Shown here in pieces: positions 50,504 through 62,195 of a stretch of DNA of 64,000 nucleotides. Made by a program: the position numbers and the translations under genes. The notes beneath the pieces are model-generated. The model saw only the letters and a list, made by a program, of their open reading frames with translations, was not told the origin of the DNA and did not search any database. The DNA is from Lingula anatina. Its lineage: Eukaryota; Animalia; Brachiopoda. The DNA lies in the NCBI GenBank assembly GCA_051362555.1, contig CM120640.1:43068788-43132787 (forward strand), in the 5' to 3' direction. Positions within the stretch are counted from its first letter, which is position 1. Each line of letters opens with the position of its first letter.

Positions 50504-53500
50504 ATGTTACTCATGTTAGGGTTTCTAGAAGTACAAGTTATTTGGGTCGTCCTTGTTGGACTGAACACTGCAAAAGGACAGCAGTTTAAAGGTAAATTTG
50601 TCCCCTAAAACTATGCATGTGCGCTTCAATTGGTCACCCAGTAAAGAAGGCATGCGTATGTTTTTTGACGACTGCTAAATTCATGATTACACAGTTGTTT
50701 TAGAACACAGCATTTTGAAATGAAACGCTCTCCATCTCTTTCTCAGTGTGCTCTGACATAGCGGGTGGCCAGTGTCTTGATTCTAATGTGGCAACCTGTA
50801 ATGGTGGACAGTGGGACCACTGGGCACACTGTGACGGCTACTGGGGTATAAGATGCTGTGTAACAGGTACTACGAGCCAGACCACGCCCCCTGTCACCAC
50901 ACCAGGGACGACATCAACGCCGGTGGGCAGTACCCCAGTGCATGGAACCTCTGGTACAACCACAACGGCTCCTGATGGGAATGCAGGTAATTTTGCGAGG
51001 AATTAACTAAAATCTGTAGTTAGCTGTCTAGGGCATGACTGCCATTTGCTTAAAAGAGGTTGGTTGCCTTTAGAAATACATATTGTTTGGAGTGAATGGT
51101 TAGGTAGTGGCAGTACAACTGACAGTACTGGGGAAAATTGAGGAAAGGTGACAATTAGGTATTTAAGACGCTTTCCATGAGAAAAAATTACGGTATGCAA
51201 CATGATACAAACAATGGTCTAAATGTCTAAATTTCCACAGAATGTGCAGCTCTCCCGGGTCTGAGAAGAAACCGTGTGGTCGGTGGTAAAGAAGCGCCAC
51301 CTAACCGCTGGCCTTCTGTCGGTAGCCTCCACACAATAAAATACGGGCAGCCCATGTCCTCTACCCACGACTGTGGCGCCACCATCATCGCTCCACAGTG
51401 GGTCGTTACTGCAGCACACTGTGTGGATTCGTAAGTTTCTAATGAATCGGACAAAAAAAAAAAATAATAATAAATAAATAAATAAAATAAAAAAATTAAA
51501 AAATTAAAATCATGAATTGATGCTAGAAAACCACCTATAAAGTAGTTTTAACTTGTTAAAACAAGTCACCTTTTTGCATCTGCACACATCTTACTGATAT
51601 GTGTAAGCGACAATCTACTTTATCTTGTTTGTAACAGCACAGATGACAACCACAATCGCAAGCCTTGAAGATATAAAGCAGTTTTTTGGTTATCAGTGGG
51701 ATTGTAGATGGTATTCTACTCCATTTTTTTCCAAGAAATTTCAAAAAAAGCAATTGATCTGATTTATTTAAATCATAACTGGAGCCCCATTTTTTCTATC
51801 AATCCCATCATCCAGTTATCTGTTGCAGTATCTACGACGATGCCGATGACTATCAACTCGTCTTTGGTGATCATAATCAAGATCAAAGTTCAGGACGGGA
51901 AGTAATCGCGCGTGTGTCCAGGATTATCAAGGTACATGTACGGGTGGAATTACAGAGAGGTGTGGTCTATGCTGTGATGTCACATTTTTGTTGTTTAAAG
52001 GGTAGAAACATAGTAAATTTAATATTTATTTCCCCCATAGTTGAAAATAAAACAAAAACACTACTCTAAACTATCAAAATAACAATGAAATGAATAAAAT
52101 GTAAGCGTCTGGCAGTTTGTAAGAGGTCGGTAGAGTAATTTCTTAGCATTAGTTGTGCTAAGGCATTGTGTGTGTTTGTGACCGTAGCAGTGTGACTTTG
52201 ACCGTTTATTTTGAGCATTCAGCATGCTATGTTTAATGTTTGCTTAAATCTTTTAAACATGTTATGACAGAGATTAAAGGGATAGCAACTCTTCGTATGA
52301 GATCCATATTTCACAATGAATTCACTGTAAACAACTAACAGAAACATAATAAATTCTCTTTTACCACCAAAAACAGCGATTATCACCTATTCAGAAATCT
52401 GTTCTTGCCATCGGATCACGTGATCTACATAGATGGCTGCCCTCTAATAATCTCTCAAGAGATTATTACATAAAACCAAACTTTTTAGAAAAAAAAAAAA
52501 ACAGGGACTAAGTTTGAATGTCAGAATTGATTCGTTAACCATTGGTAAGTTTGGGAAAATTGTTGCTTACCCCAGGAAATTTTTTTGGGCAAAACGAACA
52601 GTTGTTATCCCTTTAAGTTTTCATCTTTATTCAAAGATGTCCATAGTAAGTTCATTTTCAGCACGAGCAGTATGAAAGTGACGGCCCTGGTTTCCCAAAC
52701 GATATCGCACTGCTGAAGTTGAGCCAGCCGGTGCAGTTTACCCGGTACATACAGCCTGCTTGCCTGCCGACAGTGAACACCGTATTTACACCTTCAGACG
52801 AGTGCTGGATCCTAGGGTGGGGAGAGACGAAAGGTGCATAGATATGTGTGTACGCGCGTTCGTCACATAGAAATCTGAGAGAGAGGGGCATTTAAAAAAG
52901 ATATGACCCATGAAACGGTTTGATGCGCTATTAAGAAGCAAAGACAGCAAGCCCAACTGCCCCTTGAGCTAATTAGCAACTGAAATACGCAATGTTTGGA
53001 ACGGCGCTAGAGATCAGTTGTTTCAAAACGAGAACATGACAAAGAAACACCCAACATAAGTCAACATTACACCAACCTGATTGCGTATTTTGTTTCAGGC
53101 ACAGGAGAAAGTAACGTCCTGAGAGAACTGCGTCTTGACATCACACCCAACACCAACTGCTCTGCCATGTGGTCCAAGTACCCGCATTCAGGACCCAGGG
53201 TGTGGCCATTTCACATCTGTGTCGGTGTCGGAGGCAATGGAACTTGTAACGTACGTACATCATTAATCTTCATTGAGCCATAATCAAATGACATAATATT
53301 ATATCTTATATTTTATGTATTTACGCGGTTTCAAGTGTTTTCGTAAGTGCGGTTATAAAAAATCTAATCGGTAAGAAATGCTGTAGTGAGTGAAAAGATG
53401 ATATCAAAAACGAAACCATAAAAGTATATTTGGTTTAAGGTGGTGGTCACTTTTTCCTCAAGTAATTTTTGCGCTTGTTTATTATTACTTATTTACAGGG

Positions 53501-53693
53501 TGACAGCGGCGGCCCACTCATGTGCAAGAAAGGTAATCAATGGATGGCAGTGGGCGTGTCCTCGTGGGCCATGCGCGACTGCGTCACCCCTGGGTTTCCA
53601 GCAGTATATTCACGGATCACCTCCTATTTGTCCTGGATACGACACATCATACAGCAAGATACTACTACCACCCCTGGGGCTATATTTGGATGA
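50504..53693 (+). CDS. Secreted S1 (chymotrypsin-family) serine protease with N-terminal six-Cys domain and Thr-rich linker, 7 coding exons, ~379 aa
   Basis: Exons 50504-50591 (signal peptide MLLMLGFLEVQVIWVVLVGLNTAKG), 50747-50986, 51241-51430 (RRNR^VVGG..WVVTAAHC), 51829-51931, 52662-52833 (NDIALLKL..CWILGWG), 53099-53250 (..NGTCN) and 53499-53693 (GDSGGPLMC..PAVYSRIT..AIFG*). All introns GT-AG with phases 1,1,2,0,1,0; His/Asp/Ser triad intact. Confidence 0.95.
52278..52612. mobile_element. TTAA-flanked MITE copy 2, in protease intron 4
   Basis: TTAA|AGGGATAGCAACTCTTCGT ... ACGAACAGTTGTTATCCCT|TTAA; internal homology to 10182-10519 (TTAACCATTGGTAAGT, AAAACCAAACTTTTT). Confidence 0.85.
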
Positions 53694-53696
53694 TGC

Positions 53697-54201
53697 GTTC
53701 CTGAACAACACTGTTTGCTATTAATGGACCCGTAGCTCAAAATTACAGCAATCGTATTATGATATTATGATGACTTGTAACCCAGTGTCCGCAGCTGGTG
53801 TTTTGAGGACAGATGACACGGCATGTTGGTTGTTTACATCATAGACGTCTAAGAACTTTATACCGTGTTTTTTCATGCTACATGGAAAGGGCAACTTCAA
53901 GCATACCATAAACATGTTTTTGTTGTTGTTTAATACATCGAGTTATAGCAAATTCTTTCTGACATAATGTTGATTTAGGGTAACGGATAAAACAGCTATC
54001 TTGTTACAAACGCAATGCGTTAGATGTGCGGCAGATTAACTATGGTGGTTTCGACGCATTGTGTTGATCCAAACGGGAGTGAAATTACACAGATAATCAG
54101 GTATATTATAGATAAAATCACTGAAATGAATTCCATACTTCTACCAAATATTTCTCATGCGGATTTGTTATCCTGTGCAAATAATTTATGCTCCCCTGAT
54201 T
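53697..54201 (+). repeat. Direct-repeat copy B (protease 3'UTR/flank)
   Basis: Starts 4 nt after the stop codon; equals copy A minus two internal segments (~50 and ~590 bp). Confidence 0.9.
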
Positions 54202-55300
54202 CAACATAATATGTTTACATTGATATAGAGGATACAGGTAAAAATATTTGGCAAATTTACTTTTGAAGGCAGGCAGACTGTATGGGTTTCAAAGTGTACT
54301 TGATATTGTTATAATGTTCCTGGTGCCATTGAGAATAGAAGATCCGAATATCAACTGGTCCAAGGCTCAATTATGGTGGACCCTACATGAAAGGAAGACC
54401 GCTAATCCTGCAATGGTCTCTCCGCCTCTCACACGCCTCCCCACGCGTCTGGTCGAATGGAGCCAAGAGTTAATTACTGTGCCCCTGCAGGGACGACGCG
54501 TGGGGAAGCATCTTGGACCAGTTGATACCCGGATCTTCTATTCTAAATGGCCCCATTCAAACTAAGGGAAAGGTATAATGACAGGGTAGTTTATTTAATA
54601 CAAAAATGAAAGCACACTTCATGGGTTTGGAAATTACCAAAATGTTTATTTTGCCATTCCCAGATTCTTATAAAACCTTACATATCTCAATGGTTAACAC
54701 TTAATTTTTTTTTTCTTTTTTTTTTTTTTTTTGTGTGTGTGTGTGTGTGTGTACCTGATGTTATAATTACTGGCCATTTTATTTTATTTTATGTTAAAAT
54801 CAACATTTATAAATTTAATTTAAGAACAAATGCAAGAAAAGAGAGGGATAGGTAAATGATTCACGAGTACGAGAGAGTTGAGCATTTGCTTGGAAAATCA
54901 ATTTTGGCAGGACAATCTGATGGAGTGTCCCTTTAAAGTTGCCTTCCTCATGCCATAAATGTGTATCGGGGTATATGTAGCTAAATACAATTCTTCAAAT
55001 GGTGCACCGTGCAAGGAATGTTTTCTAATTATAAAGAAATGTGATTTACAAATGCATGGTCACAAATTGATGTTAAAAAGGAATTGCATTGAGGGTATTT
55101 CACCAAAAATTTAAATTACCGTGTAGATTTTTTCCACAAGGTGCTATTAAATGATTAGTGGATAATGTGGGCTTAATAGTCAGTAAGATGGTTTTTAATA
55201 TTGTTATAAACCATTTTCATTTTTGTAAATGTAATTTATGTTTTTTAGATTTATTTTAAGTTTAATATGAGAAACATTAAAGTTACCTAACCACAATTAA

Positions 55301-55445
55301 AGGTGTAATAACTGTTAATTTTCGTTGAAAAATTAATGATCTTGGGGCGAATAGCAAAATTTATGTATAATGAAGTCAGTTCGACATTCAAAGTTTGATC
55401 ATTTTTTTCCCAAAAAGTTTGGGTTTTTGTTGTAATCTCTCAAGT
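55301..55445 (-). mobile_element. Truncated, diverged third copy of the TTAA MITE, inverted
   Basis: TTAA|AGGTGTAATAACTGTT terminus, then the reverse complement of the MITE right half (ACATTCAAAGTT..CCAAAAAGTTTGG..AATCTCTCAAG). Confidence 0.65.
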
Positions 55446-56139
55446 AGTGGGCTGACAACAACTGGCGATAGCAACCGTGCCGGAGGACACTGTCTCTACT
55501 GGTCATGTCTCAATGAATTGACCACACACCAGGAGCAAGTGAACAGTCTGAGCATAGGGCAATGCGCCGTTTGAAGGTCGTTCAAAAGCTTGAAGCATCC
55601 AGGGTAAGTAATGCTTATTCAGTTTAGTACCGGGGTATATTATTCCCAAAAACACCTAATAAACTCATTTCATTTCTGTTAATTAGAGAATACTTCCAAA
55701 GATAAGAAAATTGTGATGGAATGCATATGATTTTTGACAACACATTGATTTTTACTTCACGTTCATTCACAACAGCTGGGTGCTTGTGTCTAGTTGTTCA
55801 ATTTATTTTGATATAGTGGATATTGTAGACATCAAACGTTTGTCCCCAAGGTATCAAACTTCATCCCTGGAAGCCTTCCATAGCCTGATTATTCACTTTG
55901 CACCATAACATACGCACTTTAGTTGGCTTAGAGGAGATAAAGAGATATTTCATAATGGACTCTTTCATTGTGGGTTTTATATTTATACTTATACCTCTGT
56001 TGAGTATTGTTCAAATGCAACAAAATTTTTCTCCAGGTATTACTTAGCTGCTTTTCATTACGATGAAAATAACGAAAAAAGGTAAGCAGTAACAGAAATT
56101 GAGCAGCCAAGATGGTCAATCAGCTTTCCAAAGTACAAA

Positions 56140-57479
56140 CACTGGACAATAGAAGTGTCACCCCTACTGAACCAATACTATGGGGGAGATAAATGACTGT
56201 GGAATGATATGCTCCTGGTATCATTTTATTAACATCAAATTTCACAAAAAATCACAAAAGAACAAAATATACATTCTACCAAAATATGCAGTTTCAAGTC
56301 CAAAATTTATTGGCATAGCCAGGTGACCTAATAATAGGTGCCAGTCTACGAAGCAAGGTTTCATATAATTGTCTGATGCGTTCAGGGCTTATGCTGGCCC
56401 AAGCATGAAACACTGAATATAACAGAGTTTCTCTGCTGGTTATACGGGCATTTGTGAAAAGTTTTGACATATCATTCCACACATTTTCTATCACCCTGCG
56501 AATGTCATGTTGGTCAAACCAAGCATCAACTGCTCTGGGCCTGTGACAAGGAGCATTGCCATCCTGGTGAACAAACGGATAATTCCTGTCGCCAAACATG
56601 TTAGTAATAGATGGTAGCAAGTCTGACTCCAAAACATCGATATATTTCTAGTGATTTATGTTTCCATCAACCACTATCAATTCGCTCACGCCATGGATGC
56701 TGACGCAGCCCCACACCATGATGAATATGCTGCTCCGGGTTCGAAAATTCAGTGCATGTGGTACAAATGCTTTACCAGCAGTTCGCCAGCATCGTGCCCG
56801 TCTGTCATCAGAGGTCAGACCAAAGTGACAATCATCAGAAAAATATATATAGGACCAATTGTCATGCACTGTCCAGTTCCTGATCCTGTTGACCCTAGTT
56901 TACTGTACGTTGCCTGTTTTGTAACGATATAAGAGGTTTCAGTCTTGCTACCCTGCTGTACACTCTCAGAGCATGTAACCGACGCCTAGCAATTTTCACA
57001 GACACATTCTTATGTGTGAAATTGTTCCACTGTGTTGTCAACTGACAAGCAGTGTCGAACTTTGACAACCTGGACATCAAAATCAGTCGTCGGTCTTCAC
57101 GGCCAGTTTTATTTTTTTTTGGACGACCCATCAGAGGCAATTTGTCTCTTGATCCAGTGTTTCTATACCGAGACCAGACCCTCTGCACGGTTCTGACTGA
57201 ACAATTCAATTGTATCGATATTCTGACATTGCTTATATTCCGCCTCTTCAGGTTAATAACTTGCACCTATAACCGTTAGATAATTGCCTGTATCTTGCCA
57301 TATTGGAGGAAGACAGGAATAACATTTGCTGTACATGTACAAGACCAACAATACAATTCCATGGTATAGCGGTTTTATACTCATTAGTCACATTATAAGT
57401 AGACCAGGCATTATAAGTCCCCAAGATCTGCCTACTTTTATTACTCTGAGGTAGGGGGTGAGACTTCTTTTGTCCAGTG
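56140..57479 (-). mobile_element. Degenerate Tc1/mariner DNA transposon (~1.34 kb)
   Basis: TIRs CACTGGACAATAGAAGTGTCACCCCTAC (56140) and GTAGGGGGTGAGACTTCTTTTGTCCAGTG (ends 57479). Broken transposase on -: HTH (SVRTVQRVWSRY..GRPKK..REDRRL), WSYIYFSDD, IMVWGC, HQDGNAPCH, IENVW. The TA TSDs have decayed. Confidence 0.92.
56294..57301 (-). pseudogene. Tc1 transposase pseudogene
   Basis: Likely ATG at 57301; split into three ORF pieces by frameshifts and stops; the usual SPDLNP segment before IENVW is missing. Confidence 0.88.
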
Positions 57480-57829
57480 TGTGTATAAGAAGGGTGGTTA
57501 TACAGTCACCAAGGAAGAAAACACAGCCAACATACATGTACAGTGTGACTGTAAAATGCTCAGATTCAGTTTAGGAAATATCATGTTTTATTTTACATTT
57601 ATCATTTAATTTTGTTTCATAGCGTTGTCCAGCTCAAACATGAAGGTAATGTGTCAGTTGATTCAGGACAATAAAACGATCTGGATACCATTGCCCTTAA
57701 CACTCAGGAACAATAGTGCGTCCCTGCGAGCGGCTACTTACGATAAAAATGGTTTAGATGTGGATTCTCGTCATCAGCTGTTATATATATCATTATATCT
57801 GTTATATAGAATCATTAAATAAACCAGCT

Positions 57830-58488
57830 TTCAAAATGTTAGGTTATATTTGGAAAAAAAATTCAACTACATGTGTAGCTCTATCAATCCCAAAAGTTTC
57901 CAAGTTCCTACCTGTCTGTCCACCCAGTTCACCCGTAGTAATCTGCGGTAGCATAATAGTTCGAATGAGGTGATTCGTTTCTGTGCAGTTTTCTTGATGA
58001 CCCAGCATTCTGCTCCATAGGTAGCTAGGGGAAATACACCATTGCTTGCAACAGTCGTTTTTTTTCTTTTCTACGGTGTTGGTAAAAAACGCGCCTAAGT
58101 AATTGAACACTTTTACATTCTCCACTTCTTGGTTGTCCTCCACAAGGTTCTCATCATTTTCTTCTTGTGTCCCTTTTATCACTTTTGTTTTATTGACATT
58201 GAGGAAAAGCCCTGCCGCTTCACTTGCAGTTTTGACTTTATCAGTTAGGTATTGGAGTTCTTGCATGCTTGCTGCTATTAGAACTACGTGGTCAGCATAC
58301 CTCAAGTTGTTGATTGTTCTTCCACCAATTTTGATTCCTCCTAGATGGTTTTCCAGTGCTTCTCTCATAGATGTTGAATAAGTGAGGTGACAAAATACAT
58401 CCCTGACGCACACCCTGTCAGATTTCAAACCAATTTGTCATCCCATGAGTTGTCCTTTACTGCTGCTTTATGAGTGACATACAGGTTC
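57830..58488 (-). mobile_element. RTE-clade LINE reverse transcriptase fragment (3' part)
   Basis: GIKIGGRTINNLRYADHVVLIA..GLFLNVNKTKV..VENVKVFNYLG, typical of RTE/BovB-like RT; degenerate. Confidence 0.88.
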
Positions 58489-58492
58489 TTGA

Positions 58493-59445
58493 GCCACTGC
58501 TTTTTGCCATCATGATTGATGACTTAAAATCCAGATGTCCAGACTACAAATATGTTGACGATACTACAGTGTATGACATTTGTAATATTGATGGTCCATG
58601 CCACTTACAAAGTGCAAGTAATGAAATAGTGCTGTGGACACAAAATAACAATATGAAACTGAATGCCAAAAAAACCAAGACCATGACCCTAAATTTTACA
58701 CGTTCTAAACCAGATCTCCCACCAATAGTTATAAATGACACGCCAATCTGTGAGGTTACACAGTTCAAACTTCTGGGCATCCATATTAGCAATGACCTAA
58801 AATGGGGTACTCATGTGGATCATATATATATAAAAAGGCATGTGCAAGACTCTATTTCCTCCGTCAACTGAAGCGAGCTAAGCTCAGCCCTGCTGACTTA
58901 ATCCAAGTTTACCAAAGTATTGTCCGCTCAATTCTAGAATATGCCTGCCCTGTATGGCATCCAGGACTAACTATAGAGCAATGCAAACTTTTAGAGACTG
59001 TCCAAAGTCGTGCTTTAAAAATTATTTTCCCTGACCTACACTATGATGAAGCCCTGAACCTGGCAAATATGTGCACTTTAGAAAAACGAAGGGAAGATCT
59101 GTGCAAAACTTTCTTTTACAAAATGACTGAATCCTCTGACAAATTGAATCACATCTTAATTGAGCATTCCAATCGTCTTTTAAGATCTAACAATAGATAC
59201 AAAGTGCCAAAATTTAAGACCGACAGATTCCGATGCTCTTTTATTCCATATGCACTTTTAAATTTCCAATAGTATTATGCTGTCTTTTATCCTAAGTACA
59301 ATAATTTTAAAGTTCAGTTAGCAGTCTTTTAACTCAGTTTTATTCATGCAAATATTCATTTTATTATCATTATAAATTTTTTTAATATTCTATGTACAAC
59401 TTCAACCCACTGGGTTGCAATCTTAATAAATTATTATTATTATTA
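58493..59445 (+). mobile_element. 5'-truncated CR1/L2-group LINE nested in the RTE element
   Basis: PLLFAIMIDDL..KYVDDTT..MKLNAKKTK..KLLGIHISNDLKW, a frameshift, then RLYFLRQLKR..VRSILEYACPVWHPGL..LEKRR..RFRCSFIPY. The 3'UTR has a CAACCCA-C-TGGGTTG inverted repeat, AATAAA and a (TTA)n tail; TTGA lies at both junctions. Confidence 0.92.
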
Positions 59446-59449
59446 TTGA

Positions 59450-59970
59450 TGAGTCCTATCATGTGGTTTGGGAATCCCATTTCTGTCATTTCACTCCATG
59501 GACCTCTTGTACCACCGTATCAAAAGCGTTTCGATAGTCAATGAAAGAGAGTTAAACATCTGTCCCGGATTCACAGCTTTTTTCAAGAAGTAATTTTAAG
59601 TTGAGTATCTGATCTCTTGTTCCTTTTCCCGATCTGAACCCAGCTTGTTCTTCAGTTATTTAATCTTTCAGCTTATTTTGCATTCTGTTTGCTATGATTT
59701 TAGCATGATCTTGCTGCTGTGGCTGATCAAAGAAATGGTTCGGTTGTTATCACATTAAAAATGTCTCCCTTTTTCGGGAGTGTTACAAAGACTGATGCTG
59801 TCCATTCAGATGGCCATTCTTCTTTCTTCCAGATTGCAGTGCATATACTGTGGAAGTATTTGTTGAGGTTTTTTCCTTCTTTCTTCAGAAGTTTCGCTGG
59901 CAGGTCGTCATATCCAGGGGCTTTACCATTCTTCATATCTTCCATCGCTTTCTCTACCTTCGATAAAGTT
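59450..59970 (-). mobile_element. RTE-clade LINE fragment (5' part of the RT domain)
   Basis: MKNGKAPGYDDLPAKLLK..IWKKEEWPSEWTASVFVTLPKKGD, then EQAGFRSGKGTRDQILNL, IDYRNAFD and EMGFPNHMIGLI; joins the 57830-58488 fragment. Confidence 0.88.
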
Positions 59971-60877
59971 GGTGTCGGCTCATTAGTACTTGTTCATTGA
60001 CCGGTTGGGTGTTCGAGCAGCAATGCTGGCCCCAAAAGCTACCAATTAATTCTTTTTGGTTATTCATGTACTTTTCAATATCCTTCCAGGTACTACCTAC
60101 GCCCTCTTTACCTTTCTAGGTGTAGGACCCAAATTCTTCACATTCGCTTAGCTACAGTGCAATATATTCATTCTAACTATTTTACTCAAAGGAATGTGAC
60201 ACCAAAACCTAGATTTAAAACTTTTCTGTAAAACGGTTTTTTTTTTCAAAAGTGCGCCACCTTCTTTGAACCCAAATGGGACAAATTTTATTCGAAATAT
60301 TGTAGAAAAATAAAGAAACTAAAATTGGACTGCTTTGTAACTTAGATCATAATTCATTTTTCCCTTCAGACTTCGTTTGCAGATCGGCATTGTGATTTTT
60401 GAATAATGTCTGTAGGCCCTATACTTTACTTCGTTACACACCCTTTTTATTGTACCACCAGCGTTTTAGTCCATGGTTTTAGTCCCGACTCGCCTGTTCC
60501 GCCGGCTCTGCCGGCCTCGCAGGTCATCTTTCATATCCGTGAGTTTGGGGTCAATCGGTGCTTTTTCACGGGAGCAGCGGCCATTAGATGCCGAAACAGA
60601 AAACTGTCTCTAATTTCGGAACCATTAATGCTAGAGACCTCTTTTTTTGCATTTGATAGAGCATGTCAAGCCCAACACTGGAGGTGGTTTCCGTTTTTTT
60701 TTGTTTTCCATACGGTTTACGAGTTATGCTGTATCAAAAGGTGCATTGTGGTGGTGAAAGCAAAATGTGCAATATGGTAATATGTAATAAATTTTGAACC
60801 TCTGGAAAATATAACATAAGGCTTGGCGAGGCAGACAACTTCTGGTCAAAAATTACATTATTTCATGAAATTTAAGC

Positions 60878-62195
60878 ATCTGGAACTTCTGAGCACCTCC
60901 CATTTCAAAATTTTCAACTAAAATGACCTCTTCTTTATTTCAATTAATTTCTTCTGTAGGAAATTTATGGCACATTATTTTAACTCCAAAATTGTAACAT
61001 TTAGTCCCTTATACAGGTATCTCCAAAACTGGCAGAGATAGGTCCATAGTTACTATTGAAGTTGAATAGGAAGTCATGTACTGGCAATCTAACTGTGACC
61101 TTTAAATTGACCTTTGACCTACTTTTCATCATGAACTGAACTTTGCAAATTTTCGTTCCCTTTTATCTCCAAAACTGGCAGAGATAGGCCCAAAGTTACT
61201 ATTGAACTTGAATATAAGGTCATATACTGGCAATCTAACAGTGACCTTAAAATCGAACTTTGACCTACTTTTCACCATGAACTCAACTTTGCAACCTTTT
61301 CAGTGCTTATACTTTCAAAACTGGCAAAGATACGCCCATTATTACTATTTAATTTGAATAGGAACTCATATATATTGGCAATCTAACTGTGACTTTATAA
61401 TCGGCCTTTGACCTACTTTTCACCATGAACCGCACTTTGCAAGGTTTCCTTTCTGGAACTTCTGAGCACCTCCCATTTCAAAATTTTCAACTAAAATGAC
61501 CTCTTCTTTATTTCAATTAATTTCTTCAGTAGGCAATTTATGGCACATTATTTTGACTCCAAAATTGTAACATTTAGTCCCTTATATCTCCAAAACTGGC
61601 AGAGATACGCACATAGTTACTATTAAACTTGAATAGGAAGTCATATACTGGCAATCTAACTTTGACCCTGAAATTGACCTTTGACCTAATTTTCAACATG
61701 AACTGAACTTTGCAAATTTTCCTTCCCTTTTATCTCCAAAACTGGCAGAGATAGGTCCATAGTTACTATTGAAGTTAAATAGGAAATCATATACTGGCAA
61801 TCTAACTGTGACCTTGAAATTGACCTTTGACCTACTTTTCATGATAAACTGCACTTTGCAAATTTTCTGATCTTTATATCTCCAAAACTGGCAAAGATAC
61901 GCCCATAGTTATTTTTGAACACGAATAAGAAGTAATATACTGGCAATCTAACTGTGACCCTGAAATTAATCTTTGACCTAATTTTCACCATGAACTGATC
62001 TTTGCAAATTTTCTATCCCTTATATCTCAAAAACCGGCAGAGATACACCCAAAGTTGATGTGGAATTTGAATAGGAAGTCATACAATGGTTATCTGTGAC
62101 CTTGAAATTGACCTTTGACCTACTTTTTCACCATGAACTGAGCTTTGCATATTTTCTTGCCCCTCATATCTTCAAAACTAGCAGAGATATGCCCA
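60878..62195 (+). repeat. 146-bp satellite array with a duplicated spacer
   Basis: Unit ATCTCCAAAACTGGCAGAGATA..TGACCTTTGACCT.. starts at 61019, 61165 and 61311, then 61586, 61732, 61878, 62024 and 62168 (partial). The ~135-bp spacer TCTGGAACTTCTGAGCACCTCC.. is at ~60879 and ~61452. Confidence 0.93.

Noticed and set aside
58470-59272. RT ORFs as a retron, DGR or domesticated RT gene
   Set aside because: 5'-truncated and frameshifted, with a LINE 3' tail and nested in another LINE; an ordinary non-LTR retrotransposon fragment.
60878-62195. Regularly spaced repeats as a CRISPR array
   Set aside because: Whole 146-bp units are homologous, with no unique spacers, no cas genes and a eukaryotic context.
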